Virus record (IMG/VR): IMGVR_UViG_2698536518_000005 | DNA: 21,231 nt | Source: a virus | Lineage: Duplodnaviria; Heunggongvirae; Uroviricota; Caudoviricetes | Strand: one strand, 5' to 3' | Part shown: in pieces, positions 19,951 through 21,231 of the stretch | Position numbering within the stretch: position 1 is the stretch's first letter | How the letters are laid out: every line of letters begins with the position of its first letter | Translations under genes and position numbers: made by a program | Notes under the pieces: generated by a model | What the model was told of the DNA's origin: nothing | The model's database searches: none | Seen by the model: only the letters and a program-made list of their open reading frames with translations

Positions 19951-21231
19951 ATGAAATATCCGACAGGCGTGGAAAACCATGGAGGGAAATTACGTATCTG
20001 GTTTGTTTATAAAGACGTAAGAGTCAGGGAAAATCTGGGGGTTCCTGACACAGCAAAAAACAGGCGCGTTGCAGGTGAACTACGCTCCTCTGTTTGTTAC
20101 GCAATAAAAACTGGTGTTTTCGACTATGCAAAACAGTTTCCCTCCTCACGCAATCTGGAAAAATTTGGTGAGGCCCGACAAGATTTAACCATAAAAGAAC
20201 TGGCTGAAAAATTTCTGGCACTGAAAGAAACTGAAGTCGCCAAAACATCACTCAACACATACCGTGCCGTCATCAAAAATATCCTGAGCATAATCGGTGA
20301 AAAAAATCTTGCCTCATCGATTAATAAAGAAAAATTACTGGAGGTTCGTAAAGAGTTACTGACTGGATACCAGATCCCCAAAAGTAACTATATTGTTACA
20401 CAACCAGGGAGATCGGCTGTAACTGTAAATAATTACATGACAAATCTTAACGCCGTGTTCCAGTTTGGTGTTGATAACGGTTACCTGGCAGATAATCCGT
20501 TTAAGGGGATCTCGCCATTAAAGGAATCAAGAACCATTCCGGATCCTCTTTCGCGGGAAGAATTTATCCGTCTTATCGATGCGTGCAGAAATCAGCAAGC
20601 AAAAAATTTATGGTGTGTTTCTGTTTATACTGGAGTTCGCCCTGGTGAGCTGTGTGCACTTGGATGGGAGGACATAGATCTGAAAAATGGAACAATGATG
20701 ATCAGGAGAAATTTAGCAAAAGACCGTTTCACGGTACCAAAAACACAGGCGGGAACCAATCGGGTCATTCATCTTATTAAGCCAGCAATCGACGCTCTCC
20801 GGAGTCAGATGACATTAACGAGACTGAGCAAAGAGCATATCATTGATGTTCACCTCAGAGAGTATGGCAGAACAGAAAAACAAAAATGCACCTTTGTTTT
20901 TCAACCTGAAGTGTCAGCGAGAGTAAAAAATTATGGTGACCATTTTACCGTTGACTCAATAAGGCAGATGTGGGACGCAGCGATAAAACGTGCCGGACTC
21001 CGCCATCGAAAATCATATCAGTCGAGACATACTTATGCCTGCTGGTCGCTGACAGCTGGTGCTAACCCGGCATTTATAGCAAACCAGATGGGCCATGCAG
21101 ATGCGCAAATGGTATTTCAGGTATACGGAAAATGGATGTCTGAAAACAATAATGCACAGGTAGCTTTGTTAAATACACAGTTAAGCGAGTTTGCCCCAAC
21201 CATGCCCCATAACGAAGCAATGAAAAATTAA
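19951..21231 (+). CDS. intQ: Tyrosine site-specific integrase with DUF3596-type arm-binding N-terminus (426 aa from MKYPTG; alternative start at 19936)
   Basis: N-terminus MKYPTGVENHGGKLRIWFVYK... resembles Rac IntR-type integrases. C-terminal catalytic region carries the R...HxxR...Y signature (RHTYACW, VYGKW). Stop at 21229-21231. Confidence 0.88.
   Translation: MKYPTGVENHGGKLRIWFVYKDVRVRENLGVPDTAKNRRVAGELRSSVCYAIKTGVFDYAKQFPSSRNLEKFGEARQDLTIKELAEKFLALKETEVAKTSLNTYRAVIKNILSIIGEKNLASSINKEKLLEVRKELLTGYQIPKSNYIVTQPGRSAVTVNNYMTNLNAVFQFGVDNGYLADNPFKGISPLKESRTIPDPLSREEFIRLIDACRNQQAKNLWCVSVYTGVRPGELCALGWEDIDLKNGTMMIRRNLAKDRFTVPKTQAGTNRVIHLIKPAIDALRSQMTLTRLSKEHIIDVHLREYGRTEKQKCTFVFQPEVSARVKNYGDHFTVDSIRQMWDAAIKRAGLRHRKSYQSRHTYACWSLTAGANPAFIANQMGHADAQMVFQVYGKWMSENNNAQVALLNTQLSEFAPTMPHNEAMKN

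Overview
This window is a lambdoid cryptic prophage of the E. coli Qin type, read with the phage late operon on the minus strand. All calls rest on reading the six-frame translations and raw sequence against remembered protein and DNA sequences; no database search was run. From left to right it holds: a side-tail-fibre fragment; a rearranged lambda-like packaging module (terminase gene A split into two opposite-strand pieces around intact W and portal B, plus a truncated C); an intact lambda-like cos site with Nu1; a moron cluster (ynfO, ydfO, gnsB, ynfN-like); cold-shock genes cspI, cspB and cspF interleaved with a pinholin / SAR-endolysin / spanin lysis cassette; antiterminator Q; the relBE-hokD toxin-antitoxin operon; flxA with a sigma-28 promoter; a DDE transposase fragment that truncates dicC; the dicA / ydfABC-dicF-dicB-ydfD division-inhibition locus; a full-length 835-aa DEDDh exonuclease; and an excisionase-like gene plus tyrosine integrase at the right edge. 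No capsid or tail-shaft genes, tRNA, rRNA or CRISPR array are present. I found no convincing undescribed system; the points most worth a second look are the packaging-module rearrangement, the dicC disruption and the intact large exonuclease.
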